DNA from: Poseidonia sp.
Lineage (GTDB): Archaea > Thermoplasmatota > Poseidoniia > Poseidoniales > Poseidoniaceae
Assembly (NCBI GenBank): GCA_965661285.1
Contig: CBFIDD010000002.1
Span: 320,001 to 384,000 of the forward strand
Direction of reading: 5' to 3'
Length of the DNA: 64,000 nucleotides
The notes under the pieces are model-generated. The model made no database searches. It was not told the DNA's origin and was given only the letters and a program-made list of their open reading frames with translations. This document shows positions 35,455-47,300 of the stretch, one piece after another (the first letter of the stretch is position 1; each line of letters starts with the position of its first letter). Position numbers and translations under genes: made by a program.

Positions 35455-35712
35455 CTCGGGCTACAACCTTGGTGATGCCACCCTTGGAGTTGTGCAGGAC
35501 CGGCCTGTCCTGCAGAGCTTTGTCTCGTTGTGTCAGCGTGCCCGTCGTGCGCGCCTTGGCCTTGGTTCCCACAACCAAACAACCCCACACACCTCCCTGG
35601 ACGACGGCCAGGGAGACCCTGATTCCACTCCCGTCAGTTGACGCGGTGGTTCCCCGTGCCCAGCCCCCACACTTCTGGGCACATTGATTCCAGACAGTCA
35701 AGCCTGTAACCT
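35455..35712. ncRNA. Candidate structured non-coding RNA, family not recognised
   Basis: 330-bp gap with no credible ORF; four perfect stems and a 7-bp loop complement. Confidence 0.5.
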
Positions 35713-35744
35713 CCATGCGAATCCTTTAGGAGGGTCGCCGCAGG

Positions 35745-37865
35745 ATGCTTGATATGAACGAGCAGGAAGAACAGGTGGACGCATCCACCTATCCATTTCT
35801 TGCTCATGCCAATCCCCGACCTGGTCAACTAGAAATGATACAAGACGGCATCAAAGCGCTCCAAAACGGAGGCTACCATCTGGCAGCGGCGCCAACAGGT
35901 ATCGGAAAAACCGCTGCTTCGTTGGCCGCGGCCCTCGAAGTGGCCAGTCAACAACCGCAGAAGAAAACCGTGTTTTTCCTCACCTCCCGCCAAACACAGC
36001 ACCGCATCGTTGTGGATACCGTTCGCCGTATCAACCAGCGAAGAAAGGGCACGATGCCCGTTCGATTGGTCGACATGGTCGGTCAAGCCGGCATGTGCGT
36101 CCAACCCTTCGCCAAAGAATCCCCGTTGGTGTTCTCCCTCCTGTGCAGCCAAGCCAGAAAAACACGTTCGTGCAAGCCGTGGATCACATCGGCACCCGGG
36201 CTGAAGGAGCGAATATTGGCCTCGCCCCTTCATGTTGACGAACTGGTCGACATCGCCCGAACACACACGGCCAACGGCGAGCCTGCCCAAACCTGCCCGT
36301 GGAAAGCGGCTCGAGAAGCCGTGAGCGGCGCTGATGTCTTTGTTGGCGATTACAATCACCTCTTTGATGACGGTGTTCGGGAATCCAGCCTCAAAGCGAT
36401 GGACCTTGACCTCAGCGACATCATCATCGTCGTTGATGAAGCACACAATCTCCCGGACCGTATCCGAATGACGCTGGAGAAACGACTGACAAGAACCATG
36501 ATTCGAAATTCCCAGATGGAATTGGAGGAATACGCCGGCATGCTCGCACAAGCCATGAATGCTCCTGGAGGTGAAGCGCTCTCAATGGCGCACGGTCTTG
36601 CTTCTTGGGCGTTTGAGGTGATCAAAGCCTCACGTGTCGGATTCGATGCGCTTTTTTCCCAGTACCTACGAAACCTCTCGGGTCAAGACGAAGAGGCTGA
36701 GGTGAGCGTGGACGAGGTACTCAATGTCTTTCACCGTGCGTGCGATAGGGTGGAAGGGAAGGCTGGACAACAGCAACTCAACGCCCCGACCTCGTCCAAA
36801 CATCCGGTTGTCGACGTGGCCGTACGCATCCACCAACTTCGAGATGTTTTGGCAAGCGTTGACGTGGATATGGAGGCCGGTGATGACGGCAACCCGATGG
36901 AGCCCAATGCCCACAGGGTTGCCGAGATTCTCGATTGCATGGTGAAATACGGTTCAACCCCAGCCCTGACCATGATTTACGACACCAAAGGGAAAGACGG
37001 GCGAATCACCACCCACCTCCTCGACCCCGGTTTGGTCTCAAAGCCCGTCTTCGAACAGTCAGCAGGAGCCATGCTGATGTCTGGCACACTCTATCCACCC
37101 AGCATGTACGCCAACATCTTGGCCCTCCCGAGTTCCTCTACCACGTCGGTTGCCTACCGGTCACCTTTCGCCGCCATGCGAAGACCGGTGCTCGTTGCGA
37201 AGAACGTGACGACAAAGTACACCGAGCGTGGGCCCGAAAACACCCGGGCCATTCGAGCACACATTCAATCCCTCATCGATGCTTCACCCGGCAACGTGGC
37301 CGTGTTTGCCCCCTCTTACGCGATGCTCAACGATGTCGTTCTTGAAGGGCATTTTACGGGGGCACGCATCATGGCCGAAAGCAGAGAATGGACCAAACAA
37401 GATTTGGACCAGGTGGTTGACACGTTGCTTGAGGAAAAGCGGAGCGGAAGAAAGATTCTCCTCGCTGGCGTATTTGGTGCTCGGCTCTCAGAAGGCGTGG
37501 ACTACCACAGCGGAGCTCTTGACGCCGTGGCGTGTATTGGCATCCCAAACTCACCACCCTCTGTTCTCTCCAAGGCGCTGAAAACCTACGCAGAAGACCG
37601 TTTCGGACGAAATTTGGCCTGGCGATACACGGTGTCGCAGCCGGCTGTGAACGCCATCCTGCAAGCCATGGGCCGTCCCATCCGCTCCATTGGTGACCGC
37701 GCCCTGATTCTGCTGTTGGACCGCCGCGTTACCGACCGAACCTATGCCGGGTGTTTCCCGTCGGACTTACGTATGAACGATGCAAGCGACCATGACTCAA
37801 CACGCCATTTCGCTCGACGCTTTTTCACAAAAGTTCACCCGGACCGCTCGCTGGAAAGCGAATGA
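35745..37865 (+). CDS. xpd: XPD/Rad3-family Fe-S DNA helicase
   Basis: PRPGQ, APTGIGKT, four Cys including TCPW, DEAHNL, MSGTL, SEGVDY, QAMGRPIR. Confidence 0.9.
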   Translation: MLDMNEQEEQVDASTYPFLAHANPRPGQLEMIQDGIKALQNGGYHLAAAPTGIGKTAASLAAALEVASQQPQKKTVFFLTSRQTQHRIVVDTVRRINQRRKGTMPVRLVDMVGQAGMCVQPFAKESPLVFSLLCSQARKTRSCKPWITSAPGLKERILASPLHVDELVDIARTHTANGEPAQTCPWKAAREAVSGADVFVGDYNHLFDDGVRESSLKAMDLDLSDIIIVVDEAHNLPDRIRMTLEKRLTRTMIRNSQMELEEYAGMLAQAMNAPGGEALSMAHGLASWAFEVIKASRVGFDALFSQYLRNLSGQDEEAEVSVDEVLNVFHRACDRVEGKAGQQQLNAPTSSKHPVVDVAVRIHQLRDVLASVDVDMEAGDDGNPMEPNAHRVAEILDCMVKYGSTPALTMIYDTKGKDGRITTHLLDPGLVSKPVFEQSAGAMLMSGTLYPPSMYANILALPSSSTTSVAYRSPFAAMRRPVLVAKNVTTKYTERGPENTRAIRAHIQSLIDASPGNVAVFAPSYAMLNDVVLEGHFTGARIMAESREWTKQDLDQVVDTLLEEKRSGRKILLAGVFGARLSEGVDYHSGALDAVACIGIPNSPPSVLSKALKTYAEDRFGRNLAWRYTVSQPAVNAILQAMGRPIRSIGDRALILLLDRRVTDRTYAGCFPSDLRMNDASDHDSTRHFARRFFTKVHPDRSLESE

Positions 37866-38377
37866 TGTCTGTCCGAAGGTTCATGTGGGCTCGTCCGTTG
37901 CAAAAGCCCATGGACAATTGGCAACCGCTGGACATCACCACTGAGGATACGCCCTCCACGCCCCTTGAACCGGCCATTGATGGCCTCGAAACCGACGCTG
38001 CAAACCTCCAAGCAGCCTTTGAAACATCGAGTTCACATCTTGATGAAGTCCGAGCCCGCCACACCGAGGTGCTCGTCACCGCCGGTATGCTTCCCGAAAC
38101 GGGATTGGCCGACCGCCACCCTGAGCGAGCCTTGGCTTGGATTGTTGAAAGCATCAACGGCCGCATGAACCCGGACGGCCTCACCGTACCGCTGCTGGGA
38201 ACGACCGAGGAAGCCATTCGACTTCATGTGAAGAATACCGAAGACGCCACGCTGGTGAAGTTGGACATTCACGACCCGAACGGACCGCCCTTGCTCCGTG
38301 AACTCCCGCTGCCTGTTGAAGCCAGCGAAACGCTTCAAGCCACCTTTGTTGAGGGCAGGCTCCACCTTCGTTGGTGA
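37862..38377 (+). CDS. Hypothetical protein
   Basis: ATGA overlap with the helicase; host-like codons; C-terminus loosely HSP20-like. Confidence 0.65.
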   Translation: MMSVRRFMWARPLQKPMDNWQPLDITTEDTPSTPLEPAIDGLETDAANLQAAFETSSSHLDEVRARHTEVLVTAGMLPETGLADRHPERALAWIVESINGRMNPDGLTVPLLGTTEEAIRLHVKNTEDATLVKLDIHDPNGPPLLRELPLPVEASETLQATFVEGRLHLRW

Positions 38378-38394
38378 ACCGCGCCCTTCGCATC

Positions 38395-41300
38395 TCACCG
38401 CTGCGGGATGGCTTGCATTTGAGCGATTTCACCGCTCATTCGCGTCAGTGCTTGGACAGCGACCTCTTGGTGTTGAGGGCCCATCTCTTCTCGACTGTAC
38501 CGGGCCATCTCAAACGTGTTGTCGAGGGCGGTCAGAGCATCCTCTGACACGCCCTGCAGCGCTTGGCGGATGGCGAATTCGAATTCCCGAACGGTTTCGA
38601 AGTCACGTCGGAGGAAGCCACGCTGCTGCAGCAGACCGCAGAGGTCCTGATAGCAGGTGAAGATGGCTTCTCGTGTTGCATCCCCGGCCGCCAACAACTC
38701 GGCGGTGTAAGCGAAGACCTCGGCCGCATCCTTGAGCAGGTCGTCGGCGAGTTGCTTTCGTCGGTACATCACGACGCCACCGGCGATGAGCGCGGCGAGC
38801 GCAAGCACGAGGAGGTAGGACCACCACGGTGTTTCCGCTTGTTCTTCTGCAAATTCGTATTGCACAGCAAAGCCTTCACTTCGCAGTGATTCAAAGCCCT
38901 GAAGGCTTTGGGCTGAAAGGCGAGGATCGTTCACGATGATATCCATGGTCAACTGGCCCCAAACATCAGCATCGCCGTATGGCGGGTCAGCATCGAACAC
39001 AAAGGTGGCTTTCCCGGTTTCATCGGTTTGAGCACCACGGTTGGCGAGTTGGGATTGGTTGGCATCGTAGAGATAAATGACAACATCAATCCCCGGCAAG
39101 CCCGTACCCGTATCTTCGGCGATAACGGTGAGGGAACCGCCCACGTCTTCTTGTTCGTCCTCAACCACCTCGAGGAGGTCTACGGTGATGACGGCGTCGA
39201 CCTGTACAAACACCGTTTGACTGATGCTGGCAGCGTTGAGGTAAAGGGAATCGTTTCGAGCGACGTCAAGGAAGAAATACTGCGAACCGACTTCGAGCCA
39301 ATACGGCGCCGTTGCGGTCAGCGAGAAGTTTCCGTTTGACCACACGACGCTGCTCTCTGTGAAGCAGCGTGCTCCTTCCCGACCACCCTCACAATCCGAA
39401 CCGTTCCCAATGCTCAGCAGGAGGTTCTCAAAGACCTCACCTGAGCCTCCGATCTCCTGCACAGAACCCGAATAGAAGACGGGTTCAAACACACTATCAG
39501 AGCGGGTGACGACGTTCGTGTTTGAAGTTGGGTCGACTTGAATCAACAGGTCAGCCCATACCCGAACACTGCTTTCTACGTCGGCTGGAAGATGCGCCTG
39601 CGTCCCTCCAAAGACCACGCCGATGGTGTGTTCGCCCCGGGACAAGTCCATGGTTGCAGGCACCGTTGCGCTCCACGCACCATCAGCACCGGTGGTGGTC
39701 GTGAAGAGCGTGTTTCCGTCGAGTTGGACGAGCAATTCGAATCCGACCAAACCGTCGCGGTCAACGGTGTCGAAGTCGTACAGGCGGCCACTCAATTCCC
39801 ATGTGTCGCCACGGGTGGCATCAATACCATCGTCGAACACCAAGGTGACCCATGAACGATGGGAGAGGAAGAACGAGACGTTTCCTTCCCCGGCACGGTA
39901 ATATCCTTGTGGGGGTGATTCTGCGAACAAGGTTCTGTTCCCGAAGTCAAAGATGTCGGGAACGACCCAGTCATAGGTGAACGCACCGTTTTGGTCGGTG
40001 GTCAAGGTGGAGATGACGATGCCTTCCACGACCAGTTGAACTTCGTGGTTTGCAACGCCCACGAGTTGATTGTCAACCACCGAACCGGTGATGGTCACGG
40101 TTTGGTTCACCGCCACCGGCGAGGAAATATCCACCGTTACGAGGACTGGACTGAAGATTTCCCACAAACCACTGGCGTTGCTGGGGAGGTAAGCCACGGT
40201 CCCGGTGAATCGGGTTTCCAGAACCACTGGACCAAGCGGAGCGTCTGCGGGCACAGGATGGACCGCAGAAAACTCGCCAAGTTCGTCCGTCGTCGTGTTG
40301 GTCAGCCACTGACCACCCAGCCATACCTCGATGGTCAGGTTCGGTAGCGGGTTGTCAACCACATCGAGAAGACGGCCTTGGATGGTGATCGTTGTTTCTC
40401 GGTCGGCATCGCCTGTTGCGGTCAACAGGAGAATCTTCGTGGGTACGCTAACGTTGAATTCCACCATCGCAGAGCTGGGTTGGTAGTATTCGGGATTGTT
40501 GGTGTCCCCGTAGCCGACAGGGTCAACCCATTCACGACCACCACGGAACTCCACCGAGATTTGGTGGGGACCTGCAGCCGTGTCTTCTGGGAGCGCGTAC
40601 GAAAGGGTGTATGCACCCGAGATGTTGTCCGTTTCAATGCTGGCAACGGGAACGCCATCGATGAGAAGGTGCACCACGGCAGTGGAAGGTACACCGTTTC
40701 GTTGCAAGACCAAGCCCAGGTCGTCCAACAGCGTGCCGTTCACGACCAACATGTCGCCAGCCACCAGCACCGTTGGTGCTTCGGTGATGGTAACCTCGGT
40801 CGCACCGAGGACGACAAAGGACGAACTGGCGTTGGTTCCAATGATGCCCGTGGTGCCGGCGATTCCGGTGTAGTCCGCATGGATGCCGGTCGGGCCGACG
40901 CTCATGTTGGCTGGGACGGTCAGGTTGCCCCAAGCAGAACCGTTGGAAGCCGTCAAGACCGTGATTTGGACGGGTGAAGCATCGTTCAGCGTCGCCGTGA
41001 GCGAGACGAGGACGCTTTGATTAGCCAGCGGGAGGCCTTGGTTGTCCCGGAGGAGAATCGAGAACTCAACGATGTCTCCCCTTTCGGTTCGGTCGTTCAA
41101 CGAGGGTTGACCGATACCGTCAAGTGCGGGGAGAATGAAATTCATGACCGAGAACCCACGAGAATCGAACGAGGTGTTGTTGGTCGAGCCAACGTAATAG
41201 TTGACACTCGGGATGTAGGTGGCTTCCATCACGTGGCTACCAGCGGCGAAGGTTTCACTGAGGCGAATCGTGGCGTTCCAATACCCATCAGCACCGACGG

Positions 41301-44300
41301 CACCGCCTGTGGCGGTGAAGCCAGTCGGTTGGCCGTCAATGGAGAACAACACGTTGGCGTTCGCCAAGACGGAGTTGTCCCGCTCAACCAGTCCCGAGCC
41401 GTTGTCGGAGGTGATTTGCCCGCTGATGTTGAAGGAGGTTCCTGCAACGGGGTTGGCTGCGATGCTGTCAACGACCATGAAAGTCAACGAGCGCACGGTG
41501 ATGCTGGTCAGGTTGGCGCTGGTTGAAAGGAGGTCGGTGGAACCGTTGAACACCATCTGAACCACGATGAGGCCCAGAGGATGGTCATAGGGCACGTTGT
41601 AGGTGAAGTTGGCAAACCCTTCTCCGTCCGTGGTTTGTGGCAGGAGCCATGTTTCGTGGAATTGCAGCGCCACCTCGTAATTCGAGAGAGGAGTAAACAA
41701 GTCTGAGGCTTCGACAAGTTGCGCTGACATGTTGATGTCGTTTCCACGGTTGATGACCACGGCATTCAACGGCTGGAGGTTCTCGAGGCGAGAGACGCCC
41801 ATGACCTGGATGGGCGATTGCGCCGTGGCGGTGAGATAGAACGGCGAGGACTCGTTGACGACGGTGACCACCAGCGTGTGCGGGCCACGGGTCGTACCGT
41901 TGCCGGCCGTGTCGGTTGGCACGGTCATGTTGAAACTCCCGTTGTTGGTTGTGGCGTAGTTGCTCAAGAGCAACTCTTCGGGGTTTTCTAGCCAGAACAC
42001 GTTCAGCCTGACGGCGGAAATGAGTGGACGGGTTGCGTTCTCAGCGTCTTCAACCTGCCCGACGACGTTGAACGGGACGCCTGCCGTTACCGTACTTGGC
42101 ACAGAGATGAGCGAGATATCGCTGGTGACTTGCACGGTCACGTTGATCACAGTCAAATTACCGTAGCGGCGCGAGTTACCTTCACTAAGAGCTGCTGTGA
42201 GGTCGTCCTGAACAACGATGCCGACGTCGTAGAACCCGGGTGCAATGCCCGACGGTGTGAAGTCGAACGTGGAGTTTCCTTCGCCGTTTGAGACCACCGT
42301 TCCAAGGCTTTGGTTTGACTTACCGTAATCCCAGACATAGTCAACGCTTGCTCCGCTGATGTTGGAGTTGTCCGCAATGTCGGTGATCTTCGCCGTGAAT
42401 GAAACCGTGTTGTTCATCTCCACGATGTAGGATGAGCGTTCGGCCTCCACCACAACCTCGGTGATGATCCCACCCAGCGTGGATATTTGTGCTGGGGGTG
42501 CAGGGGGGACGGACGTATCCACAAAGGCGTAGTATGCGCCGCCCGCAGGCGCTTGACTGACGAAGTCAAAGTCAAGAATGAATTCATAAGCGTCTGAACG
42601 GAGGTTCATCGGCATCCTGATAGGGATATCAAAGGCACCTGTGCTGTTGTTCAAGGTTGATTGCGCGATGTCGATGGGCCCTTGTTCGGTGAACAGGCTG
42701 ACACTGATGAGCGTGGTGTTGTTGAGGACCGGCGTGAGATAGACCGCATCAAAAACATCGCCGACAAGTCGGGTCGAGTTGCCCATGAATGTCCAATCCT
42801 GCCCGATGGAAAGATTCCATCCGATGTTGGCCATGACACGTAGGGAACCGAGTCCAATTGAGGGTTGGTAAAACGATGAACCGTTGAAGGAGATGCCGAT
42901 GGGGTAGTCGCCCGAGCGTAGGTTGGCATCGAGAGGGATCACAATTTCCAACACATCGGTTTCCGGATCCACGGTGGTGTTGAACCACGACCCATTGAAG
43001 GTGAAATCGTAATTGCCGAAGATTTCAACGCCGGCGCCCACGCCCCGATGGTCGTTGATCTGCACACTGACAAAAGCATCCTGTCCACGCACCTGTGATG
43101 ACTCCTGGACCTCAAACGTCAGCAAGCCTCGGAGGAAGTACGGGGGGTCGACCGTCAAGTTAGCGTCGTCCGTTGCTGGCAGCGTTGAGGGGAAGAAACG
43201 CAATCGCGTCTCGATAGCGCCGGCTGCTACACCAACGTTGGTTGGCATGGGATACTGAACGGTGAAATTCCCGGTGACACTTTGATTGAACAACTCCACC
43301 CAAACATTTCCGGAATCCAAGGCCCGAATGGCAAACTGTAGGTTCCCTGTCAGAGCCGTTGGCGTTGGGCCGAGGGACAGGGCACTTCCGTTCACCCAAA
43401 CGTCATCACCGAGGAGGAAAACGCTCCTGTTGCTGGTCAGAGGACCTTCGATGGTGGCCGTTAGATTTGGGGCCTCGGTGACGTTGAAGGTAATTGAGGT
43501 CGTGGTCGGGTTGAGATGGAAGAGAGCGGGTGTTGAACCTGGAACGGAGGCATCTTGCCAGCCTGAGAATCCAAGGGTCGCCGATAACGGACCGAGCGTC
43601 TCGGCCTCGCTCAAGTTGATCGAGATGCTCCAGGAGCCACTGATGTCGGTTTGTGCAGTGAGATTTTGCGCTCCGTCAACTGAAGAAGTGTACGACAGCC
43701 ACACGGTTTGATTTGGCAGATTGGAGATTTCATCAATCGGTTCATTCGCCAGAGCCAAGCGGCCCTCGAGAACGGTTGTGGCGCCCGCGCCGACAACCGG
43801 GGTGTTGATGGCCAAGGGTGCGGTGTGGACGATGGTGGTGTTCTCGGTCAAATTGACGTAGCCTTCGAAAATAACGCCATCATGCGAAACATAACCGGAT
43901 TGACGGTGTTCGATGACGATGTTGTGCATACCGGGTGCACTGGGTGCGTCGGGGAAGCCGATCATGCTGAAATTGCCGTTGGGGTCAGTGATGTTTTCCT
44001 CAAGCAGGAGTGAAAGGTCAGCGCCTGGACCAGGGACAAAGGGTGCATCACTTACGGGTGAGAGGTAAGCGAACACACGAATATTGGATGCCGGAGTGCC
44101 GTTGGCGGCATACCTCAACTGCCCTGACACCGAGATGCTCTCGGTACCGTCCCGAGCAACGGTGAACGTTGAGATGGTTTGGTTAACGACCTCGATCTCC
44201 TCAGCTGGTGGGCACGGGTCAAAGGCAATCCATCCGAGGTCGGTGTTTCCGTTGGCGCTGTTTTGCTGCAGTCGAACCTCCGACCACGTGGCGGCGTCCG

Positions 44301-47300
44301 AGGCGTAGACGGCATAACCTTCGCCTGTCCATGTGCCTCCGATGTAGCCCGTCACCTGACGAGCAGGAAGCCCAGCAAGACGAGCCATGGTCACGAAGGC
44401 CGTGTTAAACTCACGACACGAACCCTCTTTCACGGCTTCAACCACATTGAGGGTGACGTCCATCGGACTCATGGTTCCCGAACCGTTGAAGTTACGCTTG
44501 AACTCGGTCGTAGCATTGCCGTTGGTGAGGAAGTCTTCCAGGGCAAGCGCCGTATTGTAAGCATCCGTTGCCCCTGCTTCGGCAATGACAGCGGCCGTGA
44601 CGTTATTCACGTATGAGAAGGCCGAAGAAGAGTCGGTAAACTGAGGGTCGACAAGCAGCTCGTAAGGGAAGCCTTGACCGGGGACGGTCGTTGACGCCAA
44701 GTTTGCCCAATCAAAGTAATACTCAGGTTGTTCGTACAAGACCTGCTCTACAGAACCAGCAACCAGCGAGAGCATGTGCGTATCGTTCGACCTTGAGATG
44801 TTGGCTGAGGTTTCGAAGACGAATGAGATGTTGGAATAATATGCAGGAGCAGGGATTTGCCCTGTCGTTATGGGGCGGTTGAATTGAAGGTTCCACTGGA
44901 CGGTTGAGTTGGCAAGGGAAATCGGTGCGAGGTGAGTAAAGTTGCTCATGGGAACAACGACCGCCTCCGAGGGATGAACGCTGTCGAGGTGCGCGTAGGT
45001 GCTTCCGGTGTAGAAGTCATTGGTGATGGTGCGCCACCGATGGTCGCCGTTGAGATCGACGACTCCCGAGGTATTGTTTGCGAAAAAGACAACATCATCC
45101 GACATGATGTCATCGCTGGGGTCAAACACATCAAAGGGCGCGCCTATGCAATCAAAAACCCAAAATGCATCAGGACACTCATCACCGTCAAGCATCCCAC
45201 CACCGTCTGTATCGGGGTTGGTCCAGTCGGTTCCGGTTTGATTCTCAACGGCATCGGGCAATCCATCACCGTCAAAGTCGGCGGGTTGAATATCATCAGA
45301 AGGATCGTTTTGCGGGTTCGTTCCGTCAAAGTATTCACTGCGGTCATCCACGCCCCCCTGGTCGGTATCGAACGCGTTGGGAGCTGTCACCCAAACATCT
45401 TGGGAGCCGTTGGTGATGCCGATGTAAATCAAATCACAGCCAGTGGTGTTCTCAAAGTAGTTGTTGAGTCCGTCGGCGTCATCGTCCAAGAGATTTGAAC
45501 ACGGCTGATTGGGATCGGTGTTGTCCTGAACTTCGTCAAAGTCATTCACGCCGTCAGCATCGCTGTCGGCGATGCTGGGATTGGAGAACCATCCAAAGGT
45601 CCCGAGAAGTTCTTGCCAGTCTGCCAGACCATCACCGTCGGTGTCCTCGTAATCGTCGTCGCAATACTGCTGCGTTGTGCTGATTGTTCCTGAATTCGTG
45701 GCAGCCGTGTGGCAAAATGAACCGTTGCGATTTGCTACCTGGGTCGCCACGCCCGAGGGCCCGTTGGAAACACCCTGCAGAATGTTGGCAACCACAGTCG
45801 CGTAGGCAAAACTTTCCCATGTTCCGGATACGTTGTACCAACCAACGCCCCCTGCGGGGTTGAAACCCGAGCCGTTTCCTACTTCGACCCTGCTGGCGCT
45901 GAGTTCCTGCACGAAGGTGGTCTCAAAGTTCACAAGTGAATCGCAAGGATCCGTACCGTGGCTGATGTTTCGTTCCTGCCCGTCGTTGATGCCGCCAAAG
46001 TCCGTGTCGGCCACATTCCACAGCGTACACGTCAGGTTTTCCTCCCAGTTCTGTATGCCGTCCTGGTCTTCGTCTCCTGAATCCTCACGGCGTGTGGGGT
46101 CCGTCTCACCGGCATCCAACACACCGTTGAAGTTGGTGTCTTCCTCGCCGTCATCAAAAGCATCCCCGTCGGTGTTGTTGTTGCGCGGGTCGCTGGCTTG
46201 GGCAGGGTTGCCGTAAGCACCGTTCACCTCGATACCGTCGCTGATCCCGTCGCTGTCGGTGTCCGAAGACGTTGGATCGGTCAGCAACGTAAAGGCTTCG
46301 TACGAATCGTTCAACCCGTCGCCGTCGGTGTCTGCCCTCTGCGGATCTGTCGAGGTGATACCGTCAACCTCAGCGGTAAATGTGGCACAACCACCCGGTC
46401 CAATGCCTTGGACTGGGTCGCAGGGCGAGGTGGTCTCGGTGACGATGCCATCGGGGCCGTTGCGGAAACAGGGCGAAGAGCCGCACATGGTCGTCCATGT
46501 CGGGTTGACGTACTCGAGGAGGTTGTTCAGGCCATCACCGTCGGGGTCGCCGTTTGGACCGTCAGCGTTGGAGGGCGAGGTGGCGTTCAAGCCGTTAGCG
46601 GCTTCCCAACCGTCGGGCATGCCGTCGCCGTCGGTGTCCCAACCTGCGGGGTCTTCATCGATGACGCCGTCGCCATCATCGTCATCCGATAGACAATCGG
46701 CATCGCCGTCGTTATCCGAGTCCGCCGAGTCGACAAATCCGTCTTTATCATCATCAAATCCATTGGCGCAAATATTCCCGACGGGGTCCTCGTCGCAGAG
46801 GATGATCGAGCCCGTGCCGTCGGAACCTGCCGCACCGCATGCGGGTTGGTTGAACTGCATGGCGTCTTCCTCGTTCCAGTCGTTCACGGGAACGGTGCCG
46901 TTCCACCAAACACCGTTGTCCAGGACAGAAGCGGTGTTGGTGTTGTCCCAACCGCTGGGTTGGAGGTAGAGGTATTCTTGCAAATTGGACATGCCGTCGC
47001 CATCCGGGTCAGCGACTGCGCCATCGGCACCGGTGGACGACAACGGGTCGAGGCCGTACTTCCACTCCCAGCCATCGGGCAAGCCGTCGTTGTCCGAGTC
47101 GGGGTCGTTGGGTTGGGTGTTCATGAGGTACTCAAGGCCGTACGTGAGACCATCACCGTCCTGGTCGGATGCTGCTTGAACATCAACGACCGTGTACTGA
47201 ATGGAGGCGAGGGTGGAGAGGACCATCAAGAGGGTGAGTGAGAGCGACTTGAGCGCTTTTTTCCGCTCTGCGAGGGCTGGTCGAATCGCGGCCGCATTGG

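Noticed and set aside
35455-35712. Confident SRP RNA or RNase P RNA call
   Set aside because: CAAAACTCGGGCTA loosely resembles their terminal motifs, but the diagnostic core motifs were not found
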